A DNA stretch of 64,000 bases from an uncultured Planctomycetia bacterium. GTDB taxonomy: Bacteria > Omnitrophota > Gorgyraeia > Duberdicusellales > Duberdicusellaceae. The stretch spans positions 7,128 through 71,127 of the forward strand of contig CAZWJT010000005.1 of assembly GCA_964634935.1 (NCBI GenBank), written 5' to 3'. The notes under the pieces were generated by a model, which was not told the DNA's origin, made no database searches, and saw only the letters and a list, made by a program, of their open reading frames with translations. Shown here one piece after another: positions 40,235-48,559 of this stretch; within the stretch, counting starts at the first letter, position 1, and every line of letters begins with the position of its first letter. The translations under genes and the position numbers were made by a program.

Positions 40235-41150
40235 ATGCTTTCACTATCTTTTTCACAAGCGGATGCCGTACGATATCCTTTTCAGTCAGAAAAAGAACTT
40301 TTATCTCAGGAATGGTGCGGACGATTTTCAGTGTTTCAACCAGCCCCATCGGATTAGCCGAGGGAAGGTCTGTTTGCGTAATATCTCCTGTGATAACCGC
40401 GCGAGAAGAAAATCCAAGACGAGTCAAGAACATTTTCAGTTGTTCCTTGGTGCAGTTCTGCGCCTCATCAAGAATGATAAAAGAGTTATGGAGCGTTCGA
40501 CCTCGCATATAAGCCAAAGGCGCAATCTCGATAATGCCGCTTTCGCAGTAATTTTCAATAAAATTTATATCCATCATATCGTGCAAAGAATCATAGAGAG
40601 GACGAAGATAAGGATTTAATTTTTCACGAATCGTTCCGGGAAGATATCCAAGAGATTCTCCGGCTTCAAGCGCTGGCCTCGTTAAAACGATCTTCTTAAC
40701 CTGCTCTTGCGCCAAAGCATGCACAGCCATTGCTGCGGCAAGATATGTTTTCCCACTGCCTCCTGGACCAATCGCAAAAACAATATCATAGCGCTTCATC
40801 GCATCCACATAGCGTTTTTGCCCTACCGTTCTGATGTCGATGAACTTTTTCTTCGAGGGCACTTCTAAAAATCCATAGGAAGACCTTGCCCCTCCTATAG
40901 CTTGTTTCGATTGGGCTAAAATCATTTCTTTAATCTCCTCTAAACCTGCTGGCTTATCTCTGTGCAGAAGGGCGGCAACACAAGCCTCTGCCTTTTGAAC
41001 ATTCTTCCTGGTTCCCTGAAACAGCAAATTCTCTTCTCTGAGAAATATCCGAACGCCAAAATGGTTTTCCAAAAATCTCAAATTTGTGTCACAGACTCCA
41101 AACAACGAAGAAACACGGGAAAAATCCTCGACTGCAAGAGAATGTTCCAT
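40218..41150 (-). CDS. phoH: PhoH-like ATPase
   Basis: A P-loop (GPGGSGKTYLAAAMAV) is preceded by an N-terminal KH-like segment. Confidence 0.9.
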   Translation of the reverse strand: MEHSLAVEDFSRVSSLFGVCDTNLRFLENHFGVRIFLREENLLFQGTRKNVQKAEACVAALLHRDKPAGLEEIKEMILAQSKQAIGGARSSYGFLEVPSKKKFIDIRTVGQKRYVDAMKRYDIVFAIGPGGSGKTYLAAAMAVHALAQEQVKKIVLTRPALEAGESLGYLPGTIREKLNPYLRPLYDSLHDMMDINFIENYCESGIIEIAPLAYMRGRTLHNSFIILDEAQNCTKEQLKMFLTRLGFSSRAVITGDITQTDLPSANPMGLVETLKIVRTIPEIKVLFLTEKDIVRHPLVKKIVKAYEKNN

Positions 41151-41159
41151 GGAAAGATT

Positions 41160-41654
41160 TTAGGGGATCTTAATTACCTGTCCGGGACGGATACTGTTGG
41201 GGTTTTTCAAAATATCGCGATTTGCTTCAAATATCTTCTGCCATTTCCGGGTGGTCTTATAAAATTTCTGGGAAATTTTTTGCAGGGTATCATTCTTCTC
41301 AACAGTATAAAACTGGACTGAAGCAGATTCTTCTGCCGAAATACTGTCGCTTTCCGTTAATTCCTGACAAGCAGGATCTTCTTTTTGCGACTGCATGTTG
41401 GAAGAATCTGGCTGTGCTTTCTTTTTCCGGCCAGAAAAAGGAAAACCAAGCTCGATCTCAGTCACGCTGATCTTGCGGGTCTTCTGTAAATCCGTGGACT
41501 CTGCCGGAGGAACTTCGCCCACAAGATACCCTCTATTTCCGGTAATTTCTAAATCAGTGCGCGCTTTCTCAATCTCATAGGTCCTGACTGAACAACCGCT
41601 CAACCCAATAAGAAGCAATAGAACCGCACTAATTATCATTCTACCGTGTTTCAT
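41160..41654 (-). CDS. LysM-domain lipoprotein
   Basis: The signal peptide has a lipobox (LIGLSGC). The C-terminal segment YTVEKNDTLQKISQKFYKTTRKWQKIFEANRDILKNPNSIRPGQVIKIP is a LysM-like motif. Confidence 0.65.
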   Translation of the reverse strand: MKHGRMIISAVLLLLIGLSGCSVRTYEIEKARTDLEITGNRGYLVGEVPPAESTDLQKTRKISVTEIELGFPFSGRKKKAQPDSSNMQSQKEDPACQELTESDSISAEESASVQFYTVEKNDTLQKISQKFYKTTRKWQKIFEANRDILKNPNSIRPGQVIKIP

Positions 41655-41736
41655 ATACCCTCCATTTATTTGCTTTTAATTGGCCTATCTTATCATAGCT
41701 TCCCTGAAAGTCAAGAAGCATAAAAAGCGCTATCGC

Positions 41737-42771
41737 TCATCGTTTAACCCATATTCCAGGTAAGGCATTCCCGCAAGATGGACATGAACCTTCCTTTAAC
41801 AGATTCTCAAGCACGGAAAAACCACGCCGTTTAATGACTCTCGTTCCGCATACTGGGCAAAACGTATTATCGCTACCTTGCCCTGGAACATTTCCGAGAT
41901 AAATAAAACACAACCCTACTTCCTTCCCGATGGTATAGGCTAAATGAAGAGATTCATATGCCGTGGGCTGGACCATAAGAAACTTATGAGCAGGAAAAAA
42001 ACGGGAAATATGCCAGGGAATATTTTTATCAACAGAAGCAATGAATTGGGCGATTTTCGTAAGCTCTTCCCTGCTGTCATTATAGCCAGGGATAAGTAAT
42101 GTGGTTATCTCTATCCAAGAACCATGCTGCTTGAGAAATTCAATGCTACGAAGTACGCCCTGGAGCGAAGCACCGCATAGGTTACGGTAGGAAGTCTCTG
42201 AGAAAAACTTCAGATCAATATTATAAGCGTGTATGACTCCTTGGAGCCGTTCAATCACGCCGTCACTCATATATCCATTTGTGACAAAAACATTGAGAAA
42301 GCCCTTCTCAAGCGCAAGCTCTGCGGCTTCCAGCGCAAATTCACAGAAAAGCGTAGGCTCATTATACGTATACGATATGCTGCTGCAACCGTGCTGTTCA
42401 GCCATGGCAATAATATCGCCCGGGGAAAACTTCCTAAGGTTTCCGGTTCCGAGCAATCCAGCGGATATTTGTGATATATCCGCATTTTGGCAAAAACTAC
42501 ATCGAAAATTGCAGCCAAACGTGGCAAGCGAAAACGTGTCTGTGCCCGGCAGAAAATGGAAGAGCGGTTTTTTCTCCACAGGATCAGCAGCACAGGCGCT
42601 TACGATACCGTACGTTTCGGTAAAAAGTATGCCACCGCGGTTTTCCCGCATGCGACACAACCCAAAATAACCATCCTGAATCAGGCATTCGTGTCGACAA
42701 AGCAGACAGCGGACAGCGCCGGATTCTACTTTCTGGTAAAACGAGGCTTCACGCATGTTTCTGTTGAACAT
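41737..42771 (-). CDS. AmmeMemoRadiSam-system radical SAM enzyme (PFL-activase-like)
   Basis: The N-terminal VRCLLCRHECLIQDGYFGLCRMRENRGGIL...DPVEKKPLFHF and the CNFRCSFCQN (Cx3Cx2C) pattern match the radical SAM member of the AMMECR1/Memo/radical-SAM triad. Confidence 0.7.
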   Translation of the reverse strand: MFNRNMREASFYQKVESGAVRCLLCRHECLIQDGYFGLCRMRENRGGILFTETYGIVSACAADPVEKKPLFHFLPGTDTFSLATFGCNFRCSFCQNADISQISAGLLGTGNLRKFSPGDIIAMAEQHGCSSISYTYNEPTLFCEFALEAAELALEKGFLNVFVTNGYMSDGVIERLQGVIHAYNIDLKFFSETSYRNLCGASLQGVLRSIEFLKQHGSWIEITTLLIPGYNDSREELTKIAQFIASVDKNIPWHISRFFPAHKFLMVQPTAYESLHLAYTIGKEVGLCFIYLGNVPGQGSDNTFCPVCGTRVIKRRGFSVLENLLKEGSCPSCGNALPGIWVKR

Positions 42772-42884
42772 TCAACAAAATGTTCTCCGAGGAAAAAATA
42801 CCAAAAAATCATAAATTAATCTTGATTTTTCTGAATAAAAAAGTATAGTAATTATTAATATAATTATATCGCAGTATCATACAA

Positions 42885-43556
42885 ATGGAAAGAACGCTCC
42901 GTCAGACACATAGAATTGAAGAAGCATTTTTTAAGAAAGAAAAGTCTGAGCGTACACTAAAAACCCCGTTAAAAAAGAAAAAGGTATTCTTCTCTATTCT
43001 CCTCAGTTCCCTGCTTGTTTCTGGGGTAATTATCACAGCGATCATCACCCTTGGAAAGTTTGACTTCTTGATCTTGGTTACGCCAAAACAAAAAATCGGA
43101 TCTTCTCTTTCAGAAAACATTCTCACGAAAAACATATCTGTCGCTACGCAAAACCGAAAGTCGTATGCCAATCTTTTTGACAAAGGAACCCTGAACATCG
43201 TTTCTTCAAAATCCAGACCTGCGGTAGTGACCCTTGATTTTCCTGAACCGCTGAATGCAAAAGGCAGAACACTTACCCTGCAAACACAACAACTTCCGGT
43301 CAACACGTCCTTTGCCATCTTCTTCCGCGACAGCTTCCATTACTCCAACGCGCTTGCGCCTGTTTTCGTGACCGTGAATAAAGAAAACCCGCTACCCGCT
43401 CCTCTTCTGTCAATTCCTTTACCGGAAGAATCTAACCCGCAGATCGATTGGACAAAGATAAACCAGATCAGGATTAAGGTAATCCCTCTTTCCCAGGTAG
43501 ATACCCTTGTTGTAATCAAACATATGTCCCTTGAAAAAAAGGAGGCCAAGTTATGA
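42885..43556 (+). CDS. Membrane-anchored hypothetical protein: basic N-terminal tail, single TM helix, and a C-terminal extracytoplasmic domain of unknown fold. Candidate partner of the downstream ParA-type ATPase.
   Basis: 223 aa. Residues 1-35 are Lys/Arg-rich (FFKKEKSERTLKTPLKKKK), followed by the TM helix FFSILLSSLLVSGVIITAIITL. The stop overlaps the next gene start in an ATGA motif (43553..43556). Confidence 0.6.
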   Translation: MERTLRQTHRIEEAFFKKEKSERTLKTPLKKKKVFFSILLSSLLVSGVIITAIITLGKFDFLILVTPKQKIGSSLSENILTKNISVATQNRKSYANLFDKGTLNIVSSKSRPAVVTLDFPEPLNAKGRTLTLQTQQLPVNTSFAIFFRDSFHYSNALAPVFVTVNKENPLPAPLLSIPLPEESNPQIDWTKINQIRIKVIPLSQVDTLVVIKHMSLEKKEAKL

Positions 43557-44581
43557 AAGTGGTGTCGGTCACCAATCAAAAAGGAGGGTGCGGAAAAACG
43601 ATTACTGCGGTGAATTTTGCCGCTGCGCTCGCCCGAAAAGGGATAAAAGTTCTCCTGATAGACCTTGATCCGCAAGCCCACGCCACATACGCTTTAGGCT
43701 ATAAAGATACAAGCGAAAAGAACATACTCCGGGTTTTTGACTGCATTATCCAAAATGGATCATGGGACCTAAAAGAATTCCTGTGGGAAAAAAGCGCAAA
43801 TTTATCTTTTCTTGCCTCAACCATGGAATTAAGCGCCTTGGAACAAGAACTTAAAGATAGCCAATACTCTCTTGAAATCCTTAACAAGCTCATCGATCAA
43901 GCTGAACCTATGGGATTTGAATACATCGTCGTTGACTGTCCGCCAAGTCTTGGCTTTCTCACCCTTAACGCCCTAAAATCCTGTGATACAGTGCTGGTGC
44001 CTCTTGACACAAGCTTATTTTCACTCGTAGGCCTTGACAGTTTATTGAGAGTCGCTTCGCTCACGCAGCACTACAGTGACCGTTTGCCCAACTTCTATTA
44101 CCTGGTCACTATTTTTGACAAACGCTCTAATTTTGCAAAACGATTCATGGAGACAGTGAACGAACAATTTTCGGATAAACTCTTAACAACCATTATCCGC
44201 AACAATGTTCATCTGCGCGAATCGGCTTTACTTGGCAAAACCATTTTTGAACATGATGCAGCTTCAAACGGCGCAAAAGATTATGCAAGCCTGGTTGACG
44301 AGATACTCGCAAAAGATAGAGCAAAACGAACAGTAGAGTTTCGCTGTGAAGCCCCTCAAGCGCAAAAAGTGTATATTACCGGAGACTTCAATAACTGGCG
44401 GAAAGAAGAAAAATTCTCGCTTGTTCCGTCCGATGGAATCTGGAGAAAAAAAGTTTCCCTGCCTCGCGGTGCATATAACTATAAGTTTATCATCGACGAC
44501 ACGTGGACGCACGACAAAGCAAATCCCCAACTACAAGACGACAGTTACGGAGGGTTGAACTCAATTATCACGATTCAGTAA
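43553..44581 (+). CDS. ParA/MinD-family P-loop ATPase fused to a C-terminal AMPK-beta-type glycogen-binding domain (CBM48)
   Basis: The deviant Walker A is VTNQKGGCGKTITAVN. Residues ~265-342 (VEFRCEAPQAQKVYITGDFNNWRKEE...YNYKFIIDDTWTHDKANP...GGLNSIITIQ) align closely with the AMPK beta-subunit glycogen-binding domain. A GGAGG RBS lies 8 nt upstream of the start. Confidence 0.85.
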   Translation: MKVVSVTNQKGGCGKTITAVNFAAALARKGIKVLLIDLDPQAHATYALGYKDTSEKNILRVFDCIIQNGSWDLKEFLWEKSANLSFLASTMELSALEQELKDSQYSLEILNKLIDQAEPMGFEYIVVDCPPSLGFLTLNALKSCDTVLVPLDTSLFSLVGLDSLLRVASLTQHYSDRLPNFYYLVTIFDKRSNFAKRFMETVNEQFSDKLLTTIIRNNVHLRESALLGKTIFEHDAASNGAKDYASLVDEILAKDRAKRTVEFRCEAPQAQKVYITGDFNNWRKEEKFSLVPSDGIWRKKVSLPRGAYNYKFIIDDTWTHDKANPQLQDDSYGGLNSIITIQ

Positions 44582-44591
44582 AGAGACGCCC

Positions 44592-46532
44592 TTAGATTCC
44601 GGAAAGGGCTTCTGAAGAAAGAAAAGAAATAATTTCTTGTTCTTTAGCGCAGGCTGCAGCGTATCCGCGTTCGATATACTCATCGATCTTAGAAAAATCC
44701 GTCCACTGTAAATCCGCAAGCAACGGATGGATAATCACGTCAGAAAATGAAGCTGCTTCTTCAACAAACACCCGTTGCATCGTTTCGATACTCCCAAAAA
44801 TAAAGTCAAAGATATTGAAAGCATGAGAAAGCCGTCCGTTTTTATACGCATCAAGGATTTCTTCCCGGGAAGGAGTTACATTAACACCAATAATTCGATT
44901 TACCCGTTCACGGGAAAGTATTTGCGTGGGCAGTGGGTTTAGGATGCCTCCATCAAGTAAAAGCTCCTGTTGCCGTTTTACTGGCATGAAAATTCCGGGA
45001 AACGCGCAACTTCCTAAAACCGCTTCCCAGACATACCCTTTCTCAAGAACATAGGAAGATCTCCGCTTAAAATTAAAGACAACAATACGGAGCGGCATGC
45101 GCAAATCAGAAAACTTTTTATTTCCGAAAAGCTTCCGCATGATTGCGTGAAGCGTAGACCCGCGAAAGAATGAAATCAGAGAAAAATTAATATCAAAAAA
45201 AGAAAAAAGCGAAATTTTCCGGAAAAGACCAACTTTCTCTTTGATCGTTTCCCAAGTATCCCCCATCGCCCATAAGGCGGCGATTACCGAACCCATACTC
45301 GATCCGGAAACGATATCAACCGGAATATCTAACTCTGAAAAACGCTTTATTACCCCAATGTGCGACAACCCATATGCCGATCCACTCCCGAAAGCAATCC
45401 CGGTACGCACATTTCCAATTGCCCGGGAAATATTTCGGACTGTTGATCCATAGATCAATCCCGGTCCCGTTTGTGTTTTTTCCTGAAGATCTTTCTTGCT
45501 CGTAAGACCTTCAATAAAGGCGAGTTTTGCGTAAATCGCCTGGCTATAAGGAATGATCTGGGAGGGAAATTTCTTACTGAGCAACAAAAGACGCACCTTG
45601 TCTTCAGTAAAGCTGTAGGCACGCATAAAGCGCTGAACAATACCGTGATAGCGGCGCAGAAACCCAAGCTCACCACGCAAAAGAAGGTGGATTGCATCTG
45701 AATGATAGATGAAATTCGCGATTGCCTTATCTTCGCTGGAACACAAATCAACAATCACATAGTTATAAACCGTACCTAAAAAGTTTAACAGCTCGAACGC
45801 GCGCTTCTCTTCGTCAATCCGGGAAACATGGTATCTGACCGCCAGATGATGAAACCCAAGGTCCTGAAAAATAAAATCGAGGATTGTCTCTTCCGAGAAT
45901 TGATAGAGTTCAAGAAATTTCTCAAACTGCAACCCTTCGCGCCGCAAAGAAAACATATCATCCAGGCGCACCTCAAGCAACATGACTTTTCTGCCGGTTT
46001 GGACTGCCAGGTGTTTCGCCAGCATCCAGGCATAAGTAGTTTTCCCGATAGTGATAAAAGGACTGTAAACGGCAATCAGCGAACTTTCGAAAATGTTCTT
46101 TCCTTTCCCTTGCCGCCTCTTGATCCTGCGCGAAAGAGTTTGAGAAAGCTCAAGCACAAGCGAAGGCTGCTGTTCAGCAAACTTCAGAAATTTTTCTTTG
46201 GGAATACGTAAAATCCAGCAATCGCTCGCTGCTTCCGCGGTAACTGAATGAAGATCGTCGGTAAGAAGCGAAATGATCCCGAAGCAAGTACCCCGAAAAA
46301 GATATTCTAAAATCTTCCCCTGTTTTGATGATTCCGCGGTATACGTCACAACTCGACCTTGAACAACAACATAGAAGAAATCTGCGGGAGAATCTTCCCG
46401 GTAGATAACCGCCTGCTTCTTGTATTCAATGAGTTCGGCTAAAAACGCAAGCTCTGCCAGAGACTCCCTTGATAAAGACGCAAAGAGAAAAATCCGCTGA
46501 ATAATTTGTTTTTTATCAATCCGCATGTTCAA
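44592..46532 (-). CDS. Multidomain protein: N-terminal cyclic-nucleotide-binding domain, a central degenerate MinD/ParA-like domain, and a C-terminal patatin-like phospholipase
   Basis: 646 aa. The cNMP-binding region is FFYVVVQGRVV...RGTCFGIISLL. The central segment IAVYSPFITIGKTTYAWMLAKHLAVQTGRKVMLLEV...VIVDL resembles a CpaE/MinD domain with a non-canonical P-loop. The patatin motifs are GIAFGSGSAYGLSHIG (Gly-rich), GSSMGS (GxSxG) and LLDGG (DGA/G). Confidence 0.8.
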   Translation of the reverse strand: MNMRIDKKQIIQRIFLFASLSRESLAELAFLAELIEYKKQAVIYREDSPADFFYVVVQGRVVTYTAESSKQGKILEYLFRGTCFGIISLLTDDLHSVTAEAASDCWILRIPKEKFLKFAEQQPSLVLELSQTLSRRIKRRQGKGKNIFESSLIAVYSPFITIGKTTYAWMLAKHLAVQTGRKVMLLEVRLDDMFSLRREGLQFEKFLELYQFSEETILDFIFQDLGFHHLAVRYHVSRIDEEKRAFELLNFLGTVYNYVIVDLCSSEDKAIANFIYHSDAIHLLLRGELGFLRRYHGIVQRFMRAYSFTEDKVRLLLLSKKFPSQIIPYSQAIYAKLAFIEGLTSKKDLQEKTQTGPGLIYGSTVRNISRAIGNVRTGIAFGSGSAYGLSHIGVIKRFSELDIPVDIVSGSSMGSVIAALWAMGDTWETIKEKVGLFRKISLFSFFDINFSLISFFRGSTLHAIMRKLFGNKKFSDLRMPLRIVVFNFKRRSSYVLEKGYVWEAVLGSCAFPGIFMPVKRQQELLLDGGILNPLPTQILSRERVNRIIGVNVTPSREEILDAYKNGRLSHAFNIFDFIFGSIETMQRVFVEEAASFSDVIIHPLLADLQWTDFSKIDEYIERGYAAACAKEQEIISFLSSEALSGI

Positions 46533-47739
46533 GAATCAATTTTTTATACAGGAACGCGAAGGGCTTGATAACTCTCTTGCCGCTCGCCTGAACCTGCACG
46601 AGCCCAAAAAAAGCGCCGTAGCCTTTATCCCATTCGTAATTATCGAGAAGTGACCACCAAAAATATCCGCAAACAGGAATTTTGTTCTTGAGGGAAAAAA
46701 CCACATCCAGATGTTCTCGTAAAAAATCCTCATAATCTTTTTCACAAAGCGCAGTAGTACCATTTTCGGTAATCATACACGGCAAGCGATAGCCGCACAA
46801 ACCAAGAAGAATGGTTTTTAGTCCTTGGGGGTAGATCTTCCAGCCCAAAGAATTCGTTTTTTCCTTATGCACCGGGCATCCACATTCTCCCTGAAAAGAA
46901 AACGGCCAGAATGTCCGCAGATAAAAAACACGATAGTAGTTGATACCAATAAAATCAAGAGTTTTTTTCTTTACCAAATACCAGATCAGCATTTGATTAA
47001 AAATTTGGTTGCGCAAAAAACAGGCAAGATTATTCTGTCCGAAGTTAAAACGCGAACAAGGCTTAAACACCACCCAATGCTGGGCGATGCTCACCAGTGG
47101 ATTGAGCAATGTGCCATCCCGGGAAGATACAGACGACGCCTGATGCACGATCCGATAAGCTTGTTTATGAGCTTTAACCAAATGACCCAGAGCCCGCAGC
47201 ATACAGAAAATTGAACGTTTTCCAGGAGGCCAAATCCCCAGCAGATACCCGTTGTAGAGATAAACAAGCGGCTCATTCAAAGTAATCCAGAATCTTACAT
47301 ATTGGGAATACTCAGAAAAAACTTTTTCGGTATAACGCTGAAAGTAGTGAACAGAATTCGGACTCTCCCATCCTCCTTCTTGAGCAAGCCATGCAGGAAT
47401 TGTAAAATGAAACAAAGTGACCACTGGCTCTATCGAACGTTTCCGAAGCGCAGAGAAAACACGGTGGTAATGCTGAACCGCCTCGGCGTCCCATGTGCCT
47501 TTTTCCGGTTCGATTCTCGACCATTCCAGCGAAAATCTGTGCGCAGTATGTCCTAAGGAAACAGCGATATCAAAATCTTCCTCAAACCTTTCGTAGTGAT
47601 TACACGCAAAACCAGCAGGCGGAACCTTTGCCTGAAGTTCCCATAAAAACCAATCGTTATTCCGGTTATTTCCTTCGACTTGATGGCTCGAGGTAGCCGA
47701 TCCCCAGAGAAAATTCTCAGGGATATACTGAGAGGTCAT
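46516..47739 (-). CDS. Glycoside hydrolase family 1 beta-glucosidase
   Basis: 407 aa. NFLWGSATSSHQVEG, TLNEP (acid/base) and ITENG (nucleophile) are present. Confidence 0.85.
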   Translation of the reverse strand: MTSQYIPENFLWGSATSSHQVEGNNRNNDWFLWELQAKVPPAGFACNHYERFEEDFDIAVSLGHTAHRFSLEWSRIEPEKGTWDAEAVQHYHRVFSALRKRSIEPVVTLFHFTIPAWLAQEGGWESPNSVHYFQRYTEKVFSEYSQYVRFWITLNEPLVYLYNGYLLGIWPPGKRSIFCMLRALGHLVKAHKQAYRIVHQASSVSSRDGTLLNPLVSIAQHWVVFKPCSRFNFGQNNLACFLRNQIFNQMLIWYLVKKKTLDFIGINYYRVFYLRTFWPFSFQGECGCPVHKEKTNSLGWKIYPQGLKTILLGLCGYRLPCMITENGTTALCEKDYEDFLREHLDVVFSLKNKIPVCGYFWWSLLDNYEWDKGYGAFFGLVQVQASGKRVIKPFAFLYKKLILEHAD

Positions 47740-48266
47740 GGAGAGGATAAAACAGATTTTATAAAAAACTCGACGCCCGCGGAAGCAATCTTGTCATCAT
47801 CGGCGCCTTTCGTACCGCTTACGCCAATAGCACCAAAAATTTTATCTTGGGCAACCAGAGGGAAACCCCCGGAAGCTCCAACAATAATCGTTTTCCCAAA
47901 AAGATCTAAAATCTGAAAAGTTCCTTTCGCGGTCGGCTGTCGAAACTCCAAGGCGCCGAGTGCTTTCGCTAAAGACCATTGATACGATAAAAATTCTTGC
48001 CCATCCATAACAAAAACAACCCGAATATCCCCCCGGCTATCCACCACGACAACCGCCACCTTCTGCCCAAGTTCTTCAGCTTTGCGCAAACAAGCTCTTG
48101 CGATGTTTTCAGCGGCCCCAAAGGAAAGCACATAATTCTGCAAAGGCTCACCAGTTATTTCGCTTTTTCTCGGATTCTTATCCTCAGAGGCAGCAAAAGC
48201 TACTGCAGAGAAAAAGACGCAAACCACGCAAATCACCCGCTGGAAAAACCGCTTCATCCTATCCAT
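47736..48266 (-). CDS. Secreted GlcG/HbpS-like protein (DUF336 family)
   Basis: Signal peptide, then VAVVVVDSRGD...GAIGVSG, typical of DUF336/heme-binding HbpS-like proteins. Confidence 0.6.
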   Translation of the reverse strand: MDRMKRFFQRVICVVCVFFSAVAFAASEDKNPRKSEITGEPLQNYVLSFGAAENIARACLRKAEELGQKVAVVVVDSRGDIRVVFVMDGQEFLSYQWSLAKALGALEFRQPTAKGTFQILDLFGKTIIVGASGGFPLVAQDKIFGAIGVSGTKGADDDKIASAGVEFFIKSVLSSP

Positions 48267-48268
48267 AC

Positions 48269-48559
48269 CTACCCCTCCAAAAACCGTTTTGCCTCTCCCC
48301 GTTTATATTCCGAGAGAAAATCTTCAAAATCAATAAAAATAATCTGATCTTTATAGCCTTCAACGGGACGAATTTGCTGTTTTCTGCGGAAGGCGATATA
48401 CTTAAAATTCGTCTTGCATTCGGGACAACTCAATACATCCCTTTTCAATCCAACCGCGCGGCAATTAAAACACTCAGCGCTTAAATCCCCCATCACCAAA
48501 AGATACGGCTTTATCGCTTCAGTATCGAACTGCTTCCAAACACGAACCCATGAACTCAT
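48269..48559 (-). CDS. Small zinc-ribbon protein, hypothetical
   Basis: 96 aa with CFNC...(x13)...CPEC. It sits in an operon between the LOG and DUF336 genes. Confidence 0.4.
   Translation of the reverse strand: MSSWVRVWKQFDTEAIKPYLLVMGDLSAECFNCRAVGLKRDVLSCPECKTNFKYIAFRRKQQIRPVEGYKDQIIFIDFEDFLSEYKRGEAKRFLEG

Noticed and set aside
44588-44609. Hairpin GCCCTT-(10 nt)-AAGGGC between the convergent ParA-CBM48 and cNMP-patatin genes
   Set aside because: The stem is only 6 bp with a 10-nt loop and no clear U-tract on either strand. It overlaps the stop codon of the minus gene. It is too weak to call a terminator.
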